A stretch of DNA of 64,000 bases from an uncultured cyanobacterium (lineage in GTDB: Bacteria > Cyanobacteriota > Cyanobacteriia > Cyanobacteriales > CAWUOF01). The notes under the pieces were generated by a model. It saw nothing but the letters and a program-made list of their open reading frames with translations, was not told where the DNA came from and made no database searches. Shown piece by piece: positions 30,578-41,198 of the stretch. Position 1 is the first letter of the stretch. Every line of letters begins with the position of its first letter. The stretch covers positions 6,496,001 to 6,560,000 of the forward strand of contig CAVUSO010000001.1 in NCBI GenBank assembly GCA_963744145.1, in the 5' to 3' direction. The position numbers were made by a program, and so were the translations under genes.

Positions 30578-31210
30578 TTGGATATTAAAGTGCTGAATCA
30601 TCCTATTCTGGAACAAAGTTTCGCTGTCATTGACCGTGAAATGGGCGAGCATAACTTGAGTACCAATGAATATGCCATTGTTAGACGTGCCATTCATAGT
30701 ACGGCTGACTTTGAATTTCAGCACTTAATTCAGTTTAGTCCCGATGCTATTCCCTCAGCGATCGCTGCTCTTGGTCAGCAACAGCCAATTATTACTGATG
30801 TCAGCATGGTGAAACAAGGGATAGTTAATTTAGTTAGCCAAACTTTTCACAACCCCTTGATCTGTGCGGTTGAACAAGTATCAGTCCCGCTTCCTGGGAA
30901 AACCCGAACAGAAACTGGATTACTCCAATGTTGGGAAAAATTTCCCCAAGGAATTTTTGTGATTGGTAATGCTCCCACAGCTCTATTAGCACTCTGTTCT
31001 TGTTTATCATCAACCTCAGTGTTCCCAGCTTTAGTAATTGGGGCACCAGTGGGGTTTATTTCTGTGATCGAGTCTAAAGCTGCTCTGGCCCAAATTAATG
31101 TCCCTCAAATCCGGGTCGAAGGACGTAAGGGTGGTTCACCTGTTGCCGCAGCCATACTCAATGCTTTAATAGTTTTAGCTTGGGAAAAGAATTATAAGGA
31201 GGAGGAGTGA
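30578..31210 (+). CDS. cobH: Precorrin-8X methylmutase
   Basis: RRAIHSTADF, IGNAPTAL, GRKGGSPVAAA. Confidence 0.92.
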   Translation: MDIKVLNHPILEQSFAVIDREMGEHNLSTNEYAIVRRAIHSTADFEFQHLIQFSPDAIPSAIAALGQQQPIITDVSMVKQGIVNLVSQTFHNPLICAVEQVSVPLPGKTRTETGLLQCWEKFPQGIFVIGNAPTALLALCSCLSSTSVFPALVIGAPVGFISVIESKAALAQINVPQIRVEGRKGGSPVAAAILNALIVLAWEKNYKEEE

Positions 31211-31280
31211 AAAATCAAAAATTCTTATGGGGTAGTTATGATGCAAAATCTATTTTTAATTCTAAGTTTTGGTTATTTAA

Positions 31281-32576
31281 TTGGCAAAGATGACCCCAGT
31301 AAACGTCGTTGGAATTGGTTTAGATGGGGCAACAGGACTGGTCAATGATCTGCGACAACTCATTGATCGGTCTACCCTATTAATTGGTAGCGATCGCCAT
31401 TTGAGTTATTTCCCGGACTATGTAGGTGATCGTTTGCTGTTAGGAGATATTCATCAAACCCTAGAAAAAATTCGTCATCAGTTAAATTATGGCAATGATC
31501 CCCAACTCTCAATTGTGATTTTAGTCAGTGGTGATCCGCTATTTTTTGGTTTAGGACGTTTGCTGCTCGAAGCATTTCCTGCTGAACAAATCACCTTTCA
31601 TCCCCATGTTAGTTCAGTGCAGTTAGCCTTTAATCGGATTAAAATACCTTGGCAAGATGCGAAGGTGATTAGTGTTCATGGACGTTCTTTAGATGAAGTT
31701 ACTCAAGCATTACAACAGGGGATAGAAAAAATTGCGATTCTGACCGATGCAACTAATCATCCCGTCGCGATCGCCCGTTTACTTTTATCTTTAGATTTAC
31801 CAATTAATTATGATTTCTGGATTTGTGAAAATCTGGGGGATAAAAATGAGCGGATTGAATCTTGGTCAGTGGAAAATCTCCGAGAACAAACTTTTTCACC
31901 CCTCAATGTAGTGGTATTAATCCGCAAGAACCAAGTTCATAGTTTAAATTTACGCAATTTACCTTTATTGGGATTACCCGATCGCGTATTTCTTACTTTT
32001 AGTGATCGACCCGGACTAATGACTAAACGAGAAGTGCGGATTTTGGCTCTAGGAGAATTAGCTTTAAGACCCGGTCAAACTGTCTGGGATGTGGGAGCAG
32101 GTACAGGTACAGTTTCCATTGAAATTGCTCGTTTATTTCCTGATTCCCAAGTATATGCAGTGGAAAAAACTACCGCAGGAACATCTTTAATTGAGCAAAA
32201 CTGTCAACGTTTTCTACTCAGAAATGTCATTTCCATCCACGGTACAGCACCAGATATTTTACATCATCTCCCTCAACCCAATCGCATTTTTATTGGTGGG
32301 AGTGGGGGTAAATTGAGTTCAATTTTAGGAGTTTGTGCAGCTCATTTGCTTCCGGGAGGAGTCGTAGTTGTAGCTTTAGCTACTTTAGAACATCTCCAAA
32401 TGGCACTAACCTGGTTAGCAGAACGGAAACATTACGAACCTGGGTGGGAACATCATCTGTTACAAGTGCAATTATCCCGCTCTATTCCTGTGGGAGAATT
32501 GACGCGGTTTTCTCCTCTTAATCCTGTCACTATTTTTACTGCTTATCGACCGGATAAATTAAGTTTTAAATATTAA
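31281..32576 (+). CDS. cbiET: Bifunctional precorrin-6Y C5,15-methyltransferase CbiE/CbiT
   Basis: SGDPLFFGLG, MTKREVR, WDVGAGTG, FIGGSGG. Confidence 0.92.
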   Translation: MAKMTPVNVVGIGLDGATGLVNDLRQLIDRSTLLIGSDRHLSYFPDYVGDRLLLGDIHQTLEKIRHQLNYGNDPQLSIVILVSGDPLFFGLGRLLLEAFPAEQITFHPHVSSVQLAFNRIKIPWQDAKVISVHGRSLDEVTQALQQGIEKIAILTDATNHPVAIARLLLSLDLPINYDFWICENLGDKNERIESWSVENLREQTFSPLNVVVLIRKNQVHSLNLRNLPLLGLPDRVFLTFSDRPGLMTKREVRILALGELALRPGQTVWDVGAGTGTVSIEIARLFPDSQVYAVEKTTAGTSLIEQNCQRFLLRNVISIHGTAPDILHHLPQPNRIFIGGSGGKLSSILGVCAAHLLPGGVVVVALATLEHLQMALTWLAERKHYEPGWEHHLLQVQLSRSIPVGELTRFSPLNPVTIFTAYRPDKLSFKY

Positions 32577-33398
32577 CCTCAATCCCATTAAAATTCCAGC
32601 AGTAGTTAGTAAAAACCCCATCCCCATGATTCCAGCTAGAGGTTTTTTCCCCAAACCAGTAATCCATGCGGGTACTTGATCGGTATAAGTAATTAAATTA
32701 ATGGTATCTAGACTAGCAATACCCCAAACCCAACCCGCGTGTAATCCCCAAGCTAAACCTAAACTACCCCCATCTACCCAACGAGCTAAAACTAATACCA
32801 TCCCCATTAACCATAATCCTGGAAGTTGGGGAGTAGTTTCTTGCACTTCCCAAATTAAATGTAACAAAGCAAAAATTAAACTCGAAGCGATCGCAGCTAC
32901 CCAGAGGGAATAATCTTGTTGAAGTTGATTTAAGAGAAAACCGCGAAAGATTAATTCTTCTGTAGCACTAATCCACAAGCTTAATAAAAAAGTCGGTAGT
33001 AATACGGATAATCCTATCTTTGGTGCTAAGGATTCTAAGATTTGCTGATTAAATTTTAGCCAACCTAACCCTAATTGGAGTGCAAATAAAATCCCTAATC
33101 CAAATACACCTAAACCCCAACCCCAACCGAGGGAAATTAAGAGTGAAAATTTCGGGCTGAAACCATAGTCAGAAATTGAAACACCCTCTAACTGACTAAC
33201 TCCCCAGACCATGAGCGGAGCGATCGCATATAATGAAGCAAGCAATGGTAATTTGCTGGCAATTTTGTAGTCAGGAGAGAGCCAATTAAGAGCGTTCCAA
33301 GTTAATAGTGCTAAAGGAATCCAGCAAGAGCCCCAGACTACAAAAAACGCGATCGCTTTCACTATTGCTGGGATTTCCAACCAATAAAATTCAAACAT
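32559..33398 (-). CDS. CPBP (CAAX/Abi) intramembrane metalloprotease
   Basis: EELIFRG, FALLH, GLHAGW. Confidence 0.9.
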   Translation of the reverse strand: MFEFYWLEIPAIVKAIAFFVVWGSCWIPLALLTWNALNWLSPDYKIASKLPLLASLYAIAPLMVWGVSQLEGVSISDYGFSPKFSLLISLGWGWGLGVFGLGILFALQLGLGWLKFNQQILESLAPKIGLSVLLPTFLLSLWISATEELIFRGFLLNQLQQDYSLWVAAIASSLIFALLHLIWEVQETTPQLPGLWLMGMVLVLARWVDGGSLGLAWGLHAGWVWGIASLDTINLITYTDQVPAWITGLGKKPLAGIMGMGFLLTTAGILMGLRLIFKT

Positions 33399-33545
33399 TC
33401 GGGCTACTTATTTACTAATTTTTTTCCAAAGGGGGTGAATTCCAAAGGGATTTTGGTTAATTGGCTATCAATTCATACTTGACAGACCACTAGATTGGTA
33501 TTGTAATCCTTTTTTATATTTTTGCAAAACTGAGATACTCCCGAT

Positions 33546-34268
33546 TTAATCAGTAGGTTGATTGACAGTTTCATCTAGGGCTTTTTTAGCAATTTTGGTC
33601 AAATAAATGGTCACGATCACTGTAGTAATTAAACCAAATCCGAGTTTAATCCATGTGAGGGTTTGTGGGGTGGGCTGATTTCCTATTCCTAAAGTTGCAA
33701 TGTTTCCAGCTAAATAACCAAAATATACATACATGATTGTACCTGGAATCATTCCAATCAAGCCGATGATATAGTCTGTTAAAGAGACTTGGGTAACACC
33801 AAAAGCATAATTTAAAAATGTAAACGGAAAAATTGGCGATAACCGGGTTAGGAAAACAATTTTTAAGCCAGATTGAGCAACAGCACTATCAATTGCGGCA
33901 AATTTAGGGTTATTTTCAATGAGCTGAAAAACCCAATCTCGGAATAGATAGCGACCAATGAGAAAAGCTAATATAGCTCCGCAACTAGCAGCAATAAATA
34001 CATAAATAGAACCCCACCAGATCCCAAATATAATTCCTGCTCCTAAGGTTAAAATTGAGCCGGGAACCATTAATACTGTTGCACAACTATAAATTAAGAT
34101 AAAGATCATTACTTGGAATGACCCCAAATTTTTTAGCCATTGCAAAAATGTTTGCGATAATTCAGGAATATTAAAACTGAAAAAAGATAATAAAGATATG
34201 GTAATTAATAATACCATCATTATTAGCTTAAATTTTGTCAAAAATTGCACTTTGGTTGGTTCATTCAT
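33546..34268 (-). CDS. TVP38/TMEM64 (DedA/VTT) membrane protein
   Basis: PGSILTLGAG, RLSPIFPF..LNY. Confidence 0.9.
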   Translation of the reverse strand: MNEPTKVQFLTKFKLIMMVLLITISLLSFFSFNIPELSQTFLQWLKNLGSFQVMIFILIYSCATVLMVPGSILTLGAGIIFGIWWGSIYVFIAASCGAILAFLIGRYLFRDWVFQLIENNPKFAAIDSAVAQSGLKIVFLTRLSPIFPFTFLNYAFGVTQVSLTDYIIGLIGMIPGTIMYVYFGYLAGNIATLGIGNQPTPQTLTWIKLGFGLITTVIVTIYLTKIAKKALDETVNQPTD

Positions 34269-34350
34269 GATGATTTTACCTAAAATTTAAGATTTACACC
34301 CACATTTTCGGAGATAATTATTTCTAACCGCTACCTGAAATATCCAAATT

Positions 34351-36762
34351 ATGTCTCAGATTGCAGGATTATCTGAAAATGAAGTCCGGTTACGTCGGTC
34401 CCAGGGTCTAGGAAATAATACCCGTTCAGTCACCAGTCGCTCCTATATAGATATTCTTCGTCAAAATGTCTTTACCTTCATTAATAATGTTTTATTTGGG
34501 ATTGGATTAGCTTTAATTATACTCGAAAGACCCGGGGACGCATTTGTAAGTGTTGCTGTCGTACTACTAAATGTAGTAGTTGGGGTAATTCAAGAGACTC
34601 GGAGTAAACAAAAACTCGATCAGATTAATCTTCTCACTCGTCCTACTGTCACGGTAATGCGCGATCGGGACCAGGTAAAGCTCGATCCGGGGGAGTTGGT
34701 ACTTGGTGATCTGATCCAAGCTGATCCCGGAGATCAAATCATAGTGGATGGAATTATTGTTGATGAAGGAAGAATCCAGGTAGATGAGTCCCTCTTGACA
34801 GGAGAATCAGATTTGATTCTAAAACAAAATGGGGATCGGGTTTATTCTGGAAGCATTGTGATTAGTGGTAGTGCTTGGTACGAAGCTGAAAAAGTAGGAG
34901 CAGAAAGTTTTGCAAGCAAATTAACTGCTACTGCTAAAGCATATCGCAAGGTCATGACTCCAGTTCAACAAGAAATTAATCTGGTATTGCGGTTATTATT
35001 GATGTTAGTCAGCTATTTATGGACTTTATTGGCTCTCAGCTCAGTCATGCAAGATATTTCCATGGTAGAAAGTGTCCAAATGGCTGCGATTATTGGTGGT
35101 CTGATTCCCAATGGACTATTATTAATGCTCACCACAACCTATGCTCTTGGAGCTGTACGAATTGCCCAAACGGGAGCATTAGTTCAACAGATGAATGCAA
35201 TTGAATCTTTGAGTAATGTGGATGTTTTGTGTTTAGATAAAACCGGAACACTTACAGCTAATTGTCTGGTGCTGAATCAGGTTGATCCGATCGGGATTTC
35301 TGAAGCAGAGTTGCAGCAAAAATTAGGAATTTATACAGCTAGTACCAAAGCTGGTAATCGGACTAATGAAGCGATCGCGAATGCTTGTCCTGGAACAGCA
35401 TATCCCGTTACCCAAGAAATTCCTTTTTCTTCCGATCGGAAATGGAGTGCTTTAGCATTTGATTTACCTGAATTCCAAGGTATCTATGTACTAGGAGCTC
35501 CGGAAATGATGGAAGTTTATGTCAATTTAGATCCCGATTGGCAAATCCGCATTTCTGATTTAACTAAATGTGGTTTACGGGTGCTACTGTTTGCTTATTA
35601 TGATCAGGTTCAACCTCTTTATAATGATGATGGAAAACCCCAGTTACCTGCTAAATTAATTCCTTTAGGATTAGTTAGTATTAGTGATGAATTAAGACCA
35701 CAAGCAGCGGAAACCTTACATGGGTTTCGTCAATTAGGAATTGACATTAAAATTATCTCGGGTGATCATCCTGAAACTGTTGCTGCTTTAGCTAAACAAG
35801 CTGGTTTTGATCCAGATTTAACGGTAATTTCTGGACCAGAATTAGCGATAATGGCACCAGAAGAATTGGCGATCGCAGCTGATCAAACTACAATTTTTGG
35901 TCGAATTACTCCTGAGCAAAAAGAACAATTAGTGGGAGCTTTCCGCTCACGAGGTCACTATGTAGCTATGATTGGGGATGGAGTTAATGATGTAATGTCT
36001 CTCAAAAAAGCTAATTTAGGTATTGCGATGCAAAGTGGTAGTGCTGCTACTCGTAATGTTGCAGATATGGTTTTACTGAATGATTCTTTTGCTGCGTTGT
36101 TACCTGCAATCCAGGAAGGACAAAGAATTGTCAATGGGATTCAGGATATTTTGAAACTATTTCTGACTCGGATTCTTTATGTAACTATGTTAATTAATTC
36201 CACGGCTTTTGTCGGGGTAGGGTTTCCTTTTGCAGTTAAACAAAATTCCTTATTAGTGATGTTAACTGTCGGAATTCCTCCTTTAGCAATGGCAGCTTGG
36301 GCAAAACCAGGTAAATCACCAAGGGGTTTAATTCGTTCCGTGCTGCATTTTGTTTTACCTGCTGCATTTACTTTATTGATTGTGACAATGATAGTTTATG
36401 TTGGTTATTTAGTGAAAAGTGGGGAACAGGATGTCGCGCAAACTGCTGTAACTACGACAGCGATTTTGTGTGGATTATTATTAATTTGCTTTGTCGAACC
36501 TCCTACTAAAGCTTGGGTGGGTGGGGATTCTTTAAGTGGAGATTGGCGTCCCTCATTAGTAGCATTTATGATGTTAGTGGTATATGTGATCATTGTCGTA
36601 AATCCATCCCTGCGAAGTTTTTTTGAGTTAGTCTTGTTGGATCAAAAAGATTATTTACTCATTGCAGCGATCGCCGCATTGTGGGGATTTATGCTACGGT
36701 TTATTTGGCGTCAACGTCTGTTAGATCGTTTCTTGGACGTTGATCTTAGTGTTCATTATTAA
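34351..36762 (+). CDS. P-type ATPase (CtpE-like)
   Basis: DESLLTGES, DKTGTLT, ISGD, GDGVND; M4 reads IPNGL. Confidence 0.92.
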   Translation: MSQIAGLSENEVRLRRSQGLGNNTRSVTSRSYIDILRQNVFTFINNVLFGIGLALIILERPGDAFVSVAVVLLNVVVGVIQETRSKQKLDQINLLTRPTVTVMRDRDQVKLDPGELVLGDLIQADPGDQIIVDGIIVDEGRIQVDESLLTGESDLILKQNGDRVYSGSIVISGSAWYEAEKVGAESFASKLTATAKAYRKVMTPVQQEINLVLRLLLMLVSYLWTLLALSSVMQDISMVESVQMAAIIGGLIPNGLLLMLTTTYALGAVRIAQTGALVQQMNAIESLSNVDVLCLDKTGTLTANCLVLNQVDPIGISEAELQQKLGIYTASTKAGNRTNEAIANACPGTAYPVTQEIPFSSDRKWSALAFDLPEFQGIYVLGAPEMMEVYVNLDPDWQIRISDLTKCGLRVLLFAYYDQVQPLYNDDGKPQLPAKLIPLGLVSISDELRPQAAETLHGFRQLGIDIKIISGDHPETVAALAKQAGFDPDLTVISGPELAIMAPEELAIAADQTTIFGRITPEQKEQLVGAFRSRGHYVAMIGDGVNDVMSLKKANLGIAMQSGSAATRNVADMVLLNDSFAALLPAIQEGQRIVNGIQDILKLFLTRILYVTMLINSTAFVGVGFPFAVKQNSLLVMLTVGIPPLAMAAWAKPGKSPRGLIRSVLHFVLPAAFTLLIVTMIVYVGYLVKSGEQDVAQTAVTTTAILCGLLLICFVEPPTKAWVGGDSLSGDWRPSLVAFMMLVVYVIIVVNPSLRSFFELVLLDQKDYLLIAAIAALWGFMLRFIWRQRLLDRFLDVDLSVHY

Positions 36763-36808
36763 TCCTTAATGTTAATCATAATATTATGATCATTTAGTAT
36801 TTAGTAGC

Positions 36809-38155
36809 ATGACTCAAATTTCCCTGACTCAAACTCACCATAGTGTTAATCTGATCGCCCTCGCCAAGGGTAGTTTAATAGTTTTAGGATTGCGACTTGC
36901 TGGAATAGGTTTAATGTATCTCCTCCAAATATTTCTAGCTCGGTGGATGGGTACAGCCGAATATGGAATCTATCAATATGTAATGACTTGGTCTCTGTTG
37001 TTAGCCGTACCCACTACTCTGGGTTTACCTAGGGCTGTTGTTCGTTTGATTAATGAATATCGTGAGCAAAAAAAATGGGGATTACTGCGAGGAATCATTC
37101 TTGGTAGTTGGCAATTAACCATTGGTACGGGTTTACTTCTGGGGTTGTTGGGTACAGGAGTAATCTTTCTGATTAACCACTATCATCAATTTTCCCTTGC
37201 TCCTGTTTTATTGATTGGGATTTGGTTGGTTCCCTTACAAAGTTTACTGTTGCTGCAAGAAGACATGGGTAGAGGTACAGAAAACCTGGTTCTTGGTTAT
37301 GCCCCCACGAAAGTTATTTGGCCAATTATCGCTATTTTAGGAGCATTTCTCCTCTGGGAAGATGATCATCTACTCAATAGCATACCTATGACCTGGATGG
37401 CTTTCGGGACTCTAGGGGGAGTATTGGCGATCCAAGGAGGTTGGATGTGGTTCAAATTTAATCGAGAAATCGAACCCACACCCCCGGTTTATATCCCTTA
37501 TGATTGGCTAAAAATTTCTCTTCCCCTCTTGCTTGATCGGACATTTCGAGCAATTATCCTCCAAACAGATACTTTAATGTTAGGATTATTGATCGGAACT
37601 GATGCGGTGGCAATTTATAGTCCAGCCTCAACCACAGCCCTTTGGGTAAGTTTTGTTGTAGAATCGATTGGAGCGGTTGTCAGTCGGACATTTAGTATTC
37701 TGAATGTCAGAAATGATCGAGATTCACTGCAAAAAGTCCTTTCTGCTGTCACTATTTGGATTTTCTGGTCATCGACGGCGATCGCTACATTTTTATTCAT
37801 TTTTGCCAAACCCATTTTAGGCATATTTGGTTCAGAATTTGCCGAAGCTCATTGGATATTAAGAATTCTCATTATTGGGCAATTAGTTAATTCTTTATCT
37901 GGATCGGTCGGCAATTTGATGGCTATGACGGGTTATCAAAATAAATTAATGTTAGTTTCTTCTGTTACTGCTTTAATGAACCTGACTTTAAATATGATCA
38001 CAATTCCTCTGTGGGGACCTGTGGGAGCTGCTTTCACTACCGCTCTTACTCTGAGTATTTGGAATATTTGGCTAGTAGTGATTGTCATCCGGAATATAGG
38101 AGTAAATCCTACGATTTTCTCCTATTTTTTCCCTTTGCCAAAACCACAGTCCTAA
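36809..38155 (+). CDS. MOP-superfamily (Wzx-like) polysaccharide flippase
   Basis: Many TMs; LARWMG..EYG, TDTLMLG, IPLWGPVGAA. Confidence 0.85.
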   Translation: MTQISLTQTHHSVNLIALAKGSLIVLGLRLAGIGLMYLLQIFLARWMGTAEYGIYQYVMTWSLLLAVPTTLGLPRAVVRLINEYREQKKWGLLRGIILGSWQLTIGTGLLLGLLGTGVIFLINHYHQFSLAPVLLIGIWLVPLQSLLLLQEDMGRGTENLVLGYAPTKVIWPIIAILGAFLLWEDDHLLNSIPMTWMAFGTLGGVLAIQGGWMWFKFNREIEPTPPVYIPYDWLKISLPLLLDRTFRAIILQTDTLMLGLLIGTDAVAIYSPASTTALWVSFVVESIGAVVSRTFSILNVRNDRDSLQKVLSAVTIWIFWSSTAIATFLFIFAKPILGIFGSEFAEAHWILRILIIGQLVNSLSGSVGNLMAMTGYQNKLMLVSSVTALMNLTLNMITIPLWGPVGAAFTTALTLSIWNIWLVVIVIRNIGVNPTIFSYFFPLPKPQS

Positions 38156-38175
38156 AGGTAACCTATATATTTTAA

Positions 38176-38829
38176 TTATTGCATAACGGTTTCAGGTGGG
38201 AAACAAACTTTTGTACCTCCTAAACCACAATAACCATTAGGGTTTTTAGCCAGATACTGTTGATGATACTCTTCCGCATAATAAAACACTGGAGCATCAA
38301 TAATCTCAGTGGTGATCTGACTATAACCTGATTTATTCAAAGCTTGCTGATAAGTATCACGGGAAAGTTCAGCTAATTTTTTCTGAACGTCAGAGTAGAC
38401 ATAAATTCCGGAGCGATACTGGGTTCCCACATCATTACCTTGTTTCATTCCTTGGGTAGGATTGTGACTTTCCCAAAATACTTTTAGCAGAGTTTCATAA
38501 CTAATCAATTTTGGCTCAAACACAACCAGCACTACTTCGTTATGACCAGTCATCCCCGTACAAACTTCTTGATAACTAGGGTTAGGTGTAATTCCAGCAG
38601 CATAACCAACTGCGGTACTAAATACTCCTTCTTGTTGCCAAAATTTTCGTTCTGCTCCCCAAAAACATCCCATCCCAAACATGGCAATTTCCATTCCCTC
38701 TGGATAAGGAGGTTTCAATGGATTACCATTCACAAAGTGTTTGTCGGGTACTGATATTGGTTCTGCTCTTCCTGGGAGAGCATTTTCGACGGTGGGTAAG
38801 GTGAGTTTTTTGCCAAGTCCAAATATCAT
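38176..38829 (-). CDS. msrA: Peptide-methionine (S)-S-oxide reductase
   Basis: [26 protein letters not shown]. Confidence 0.97.
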   Translation of the reverse strand: MIFGLGKKLTLPTVENALPGRAEPISVPDKHFVNGNPLKPPYPEGMEIAMFGMGCFWGAERKFWQQEGVFSTAVGYAAGITPNPSYQEVCTGMTGHNEVVLVVFEPKLISYETLLKVFWESHNPTQGMKQGNDVGTQYRSGIYVYSDVQKKLAELSRDTYQQALNKSGYSQITTEIIDAPVFYYAEEYHQQYLAKNPNGYCGLGGTKVCFPPETVMQ

Positions 38830-38891
38830 GTTTAATTTCCTCTGTTGTTTCTATTCTTAATCGATCTTATTTTAGTCTTTTTTCAGCCAAT

Positions 38892-39743
38892 TTACCCCTT
38901 CACCCCACTACCTGGATCTGTCGGTACAATATAATGCTGTAACACTAAAAATACCAGCAATACTGGTACAATGGAGATAGTTGAACCAGCGGCAATTAAA
39001 CGCCAATCTAGGGAAAATGTACCTGCTAAAGTTGCTACTCCTAATGGTAACGTATAATATTCAGGCTGATCTAACACAATTAAGGGCCAAAGAAAGTCAC
39101 TCCAAGAATCAATAAAAACAAATATTGCTAACGTTACTAGAGCTGGACGAATTGATGGTAACATAATATGCCACCAAATTCCCCAATCGGAACATCCATC
39201 AATTCTAGCAGCTTCTTCCATTTCTTTTGGCACTCCTTGAAATGCTTGTCTGAGTAAAAAAATCCCAAATGCGGATGCTAGGGATGGAAAAATAATCCCT
39301 AGATAACTATTTCTTAATCCCAATTGTACCGTTAATATATATAGGGGAATCATGACAATTTGAAAGGGAATCATAATGGTGGAAACAATCCCAGCAAAAA
39401 TTAGATCCCTTCCTTGAAAATTTAACCGGGCTAAAGGATAAGCTGCTAAAGCACAAAATAGCAAATTTAAGCATACCGTTAAAACAGCTACTAAGGTACT
39501 GTTAAATAAATATTGGTAAAAAGGATTAGTTTGCCAAACTGTAACGAAGTTCTGAAAAGTTGGTTGACTTGGTAATAGGTGGGGGGGAAATTCAAACAGG
39601 TTTTCCGTGGAAGATTTTAGAGCTGTGCTGATTAACCAAATCAGCGGGATGAGCATGAGAATTGCGATCGCACTTAGTAACCCATACATTCCGAATTTTT
39701 GCCACTGATCATTATACTTAGATGAGCGTTTAGGCTTTTTCAT
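38892..39743 (-). CDS. Carbohydrate ABC transporter permease
   Basis: EEAARIDG EAA loop; W.DFLWPL. Confidence 0.92.
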   Translation of the reverse strand: MKKPKRSSKYNDQWQKFGMYGLLSAIAILMLIPLIWLISTALKSSTENLFEFPPHLLPSQPTFQNFVTVWQTNPFYQYLFNSTLVAVLTVCLNLLFCALAAYPLARLNFQGRDLIFAGIVSTIMIPFQIVMIPLYILTVQLGLRNSYLGIIFPSLASAFGIFLLRQAFQGVPKEMEEAARIDGCSDWGIWWHIMLPSIRPALVTLAIFVFIDSWSDFLWPLIVLDQPEYYTLPLGVATLAGTFSLDWRLIAAGSTISIVPVLLVFLVLQHYIVPTDPGSGVKG

Positions 39744-39751
39744 ACTCTTAA

Positions 39752-40966
39752 TTAAAATACTTGGTTTTGTAATAAAATGCTGTAATCTTCACGCTGACGA
39801 ATTAACTGCTCCCGGTTATTTTCTATTAATATTTCCGCTGGACGACACCGATGGAGAAAATGGGAAGACATCGCATAACCATAAGCTCCCACATCTAATA
39901 TTACCAGAATATCTCCTGTTTGTAAAATCGGCAATTGACAATTTTTGCCCAGATAGTCCCGGGAATAGGTGGTATTCCCACAAATATCGGTGGTATATAA
40001 AGAATCACTAGCTCTCAAGGAAATAATTTCTCGCTCACCTCCATGTACAGCTAAAACTGCTAAATTAGCAATAGTGGTATCGACCCCAACAATTTGTTTA
40101 TCATTTTGCCATTTAACGGATACAACTCGGGTTAATAAAATTCCACACTTTGCGATCGCAGCTCTTCCGGGTTCAATAATTAAATCAATATCTTTTCCTA
40201 TTTTTTGTAAATGTTGGGTTAATTCTGCTCCAAATATATTCCAATCAAACCTTACACCATCGGGACGATAGGGATACCCAAACCCACCACCAAAATCGAG
40301 ATATTCCCAATCCGGTAATTGTTGAGCGATTGACAAGATCTGACTAATTACTCCTGTAAAAGCTGGAGTAGCATTTGTACCAGTACCACGATAAAAATGC
40401 AAACCATTCACCTTTAATCCGATTGATGCAGCGATCGCACCAGCGGCTGAAAATTCATCAGGACGTACTCCAATTCGACTATCTCCAGTTAATTCTGGTA
40501 AATTTAATCGCAATCCTAACCGGATCTTTTTTTCAGGAAAAGCATTGAGAAATACATCAGCAAATAATTCTAATTGCGACTGACTATCTAAATTTAAAGT
40601 AGTCACTCCCCATGCTAAAACTTGGTGCAAGTCAGTGCGATTCAAATTACTACCACTATAGACAATGCGATCGGGTGGAAAACCTGCTTGTAGTGCTAAA
40701 TAAATATCTCCAGGTGTATTAGCATGAATCCCCCATCCTGACTGATGAAAAATTTTCAATAAGGAGACATTTCCATTAGTGACACTAGCAAAATGAAAAG
40801 CGGTTTTGGGATAAGGGATAGATTGAGAAATCTGCTGAATTGTGTGACGGAGAATTTCTCCTTGATAAACATACAAAGGTGAATTATAGGTATTCAGCAA
40901 CTTTTGAGCAACTTCTAGACTAATGGGAAATGCTAATTTTTGCGGTAATTTTTGAGTTATATTCAC
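39752..40966 (-). CDS. LysA-like (group IV) decarboxylase homologue with atypical active site
   Basis: SPLYVY, DFGGGFG, EPGR, GAYGYAMSS; FASVTN in place of YAxKAN. Confidence 0.82.
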   Translation of the reverse strand: MNITQKLPQKLAFPISLEVAQKLLNTYNSPLYVYQGEILRHTIQQISQSIPYPKTAFHFASVTNGNVSLLKIFHQSGWGIHANTPGDIYLALQAGFPPDRIVYSGSNLNRTDLHQVLAWGVTTLNLDSQSQLELFADVFLNAFPEKKIRLGLRLNLPELTGDSRIGVRPDEFSAAGAIAASIGLKVNGLHFYRGTGTNATPAFTGVISQILSIAQQLPDWEYLDFGGGFGYPYRPDGVRFDWNIFGAELTQHLQKIGKDIDLIIEPGRAAIAKCGILLTRVVSVKWQNDKQIVGVDTTIANLAVLAVHGGEREIISLRASDSLYTTDICGNTTYSRDYLGKNCQLPILQTGDILVILDVGAYGYAMSSHFLHRCRPAEILIENNREQLIRQREDYSILLQNQVF

Positions 40967-41040
40967 AGGTTTATTCCTAACTTGCCAAAATTATTCTAAC
41001 CCAAACTACTGGAATTATAGATCAATTCAGTGCAGGATAA

Positions 41041-41180
41041 TACCAATTTTTGATGTGATGAGGCTACATAGAATTGATCCCCCCAACCTCCTTAAAAAGG
41101 GGGAGCATGAATTCAAATTCCCCCTTAAAAAGGGGGATTTAGGGGGATATAAATTTGTGCAGTTTCACATTGAATTGGTA
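41041..41180. mobile_element. MITE (TACCAATT...AATTGGTA) with TAA target duplication
   Basis: TAA at 41038-40 and 41181-83; internal CCCCCTTAAAAAGGGGG hairpins. Confidence 0.82.
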
Positions 41181-41198
41181 TAAATTCTAATTTATCTC

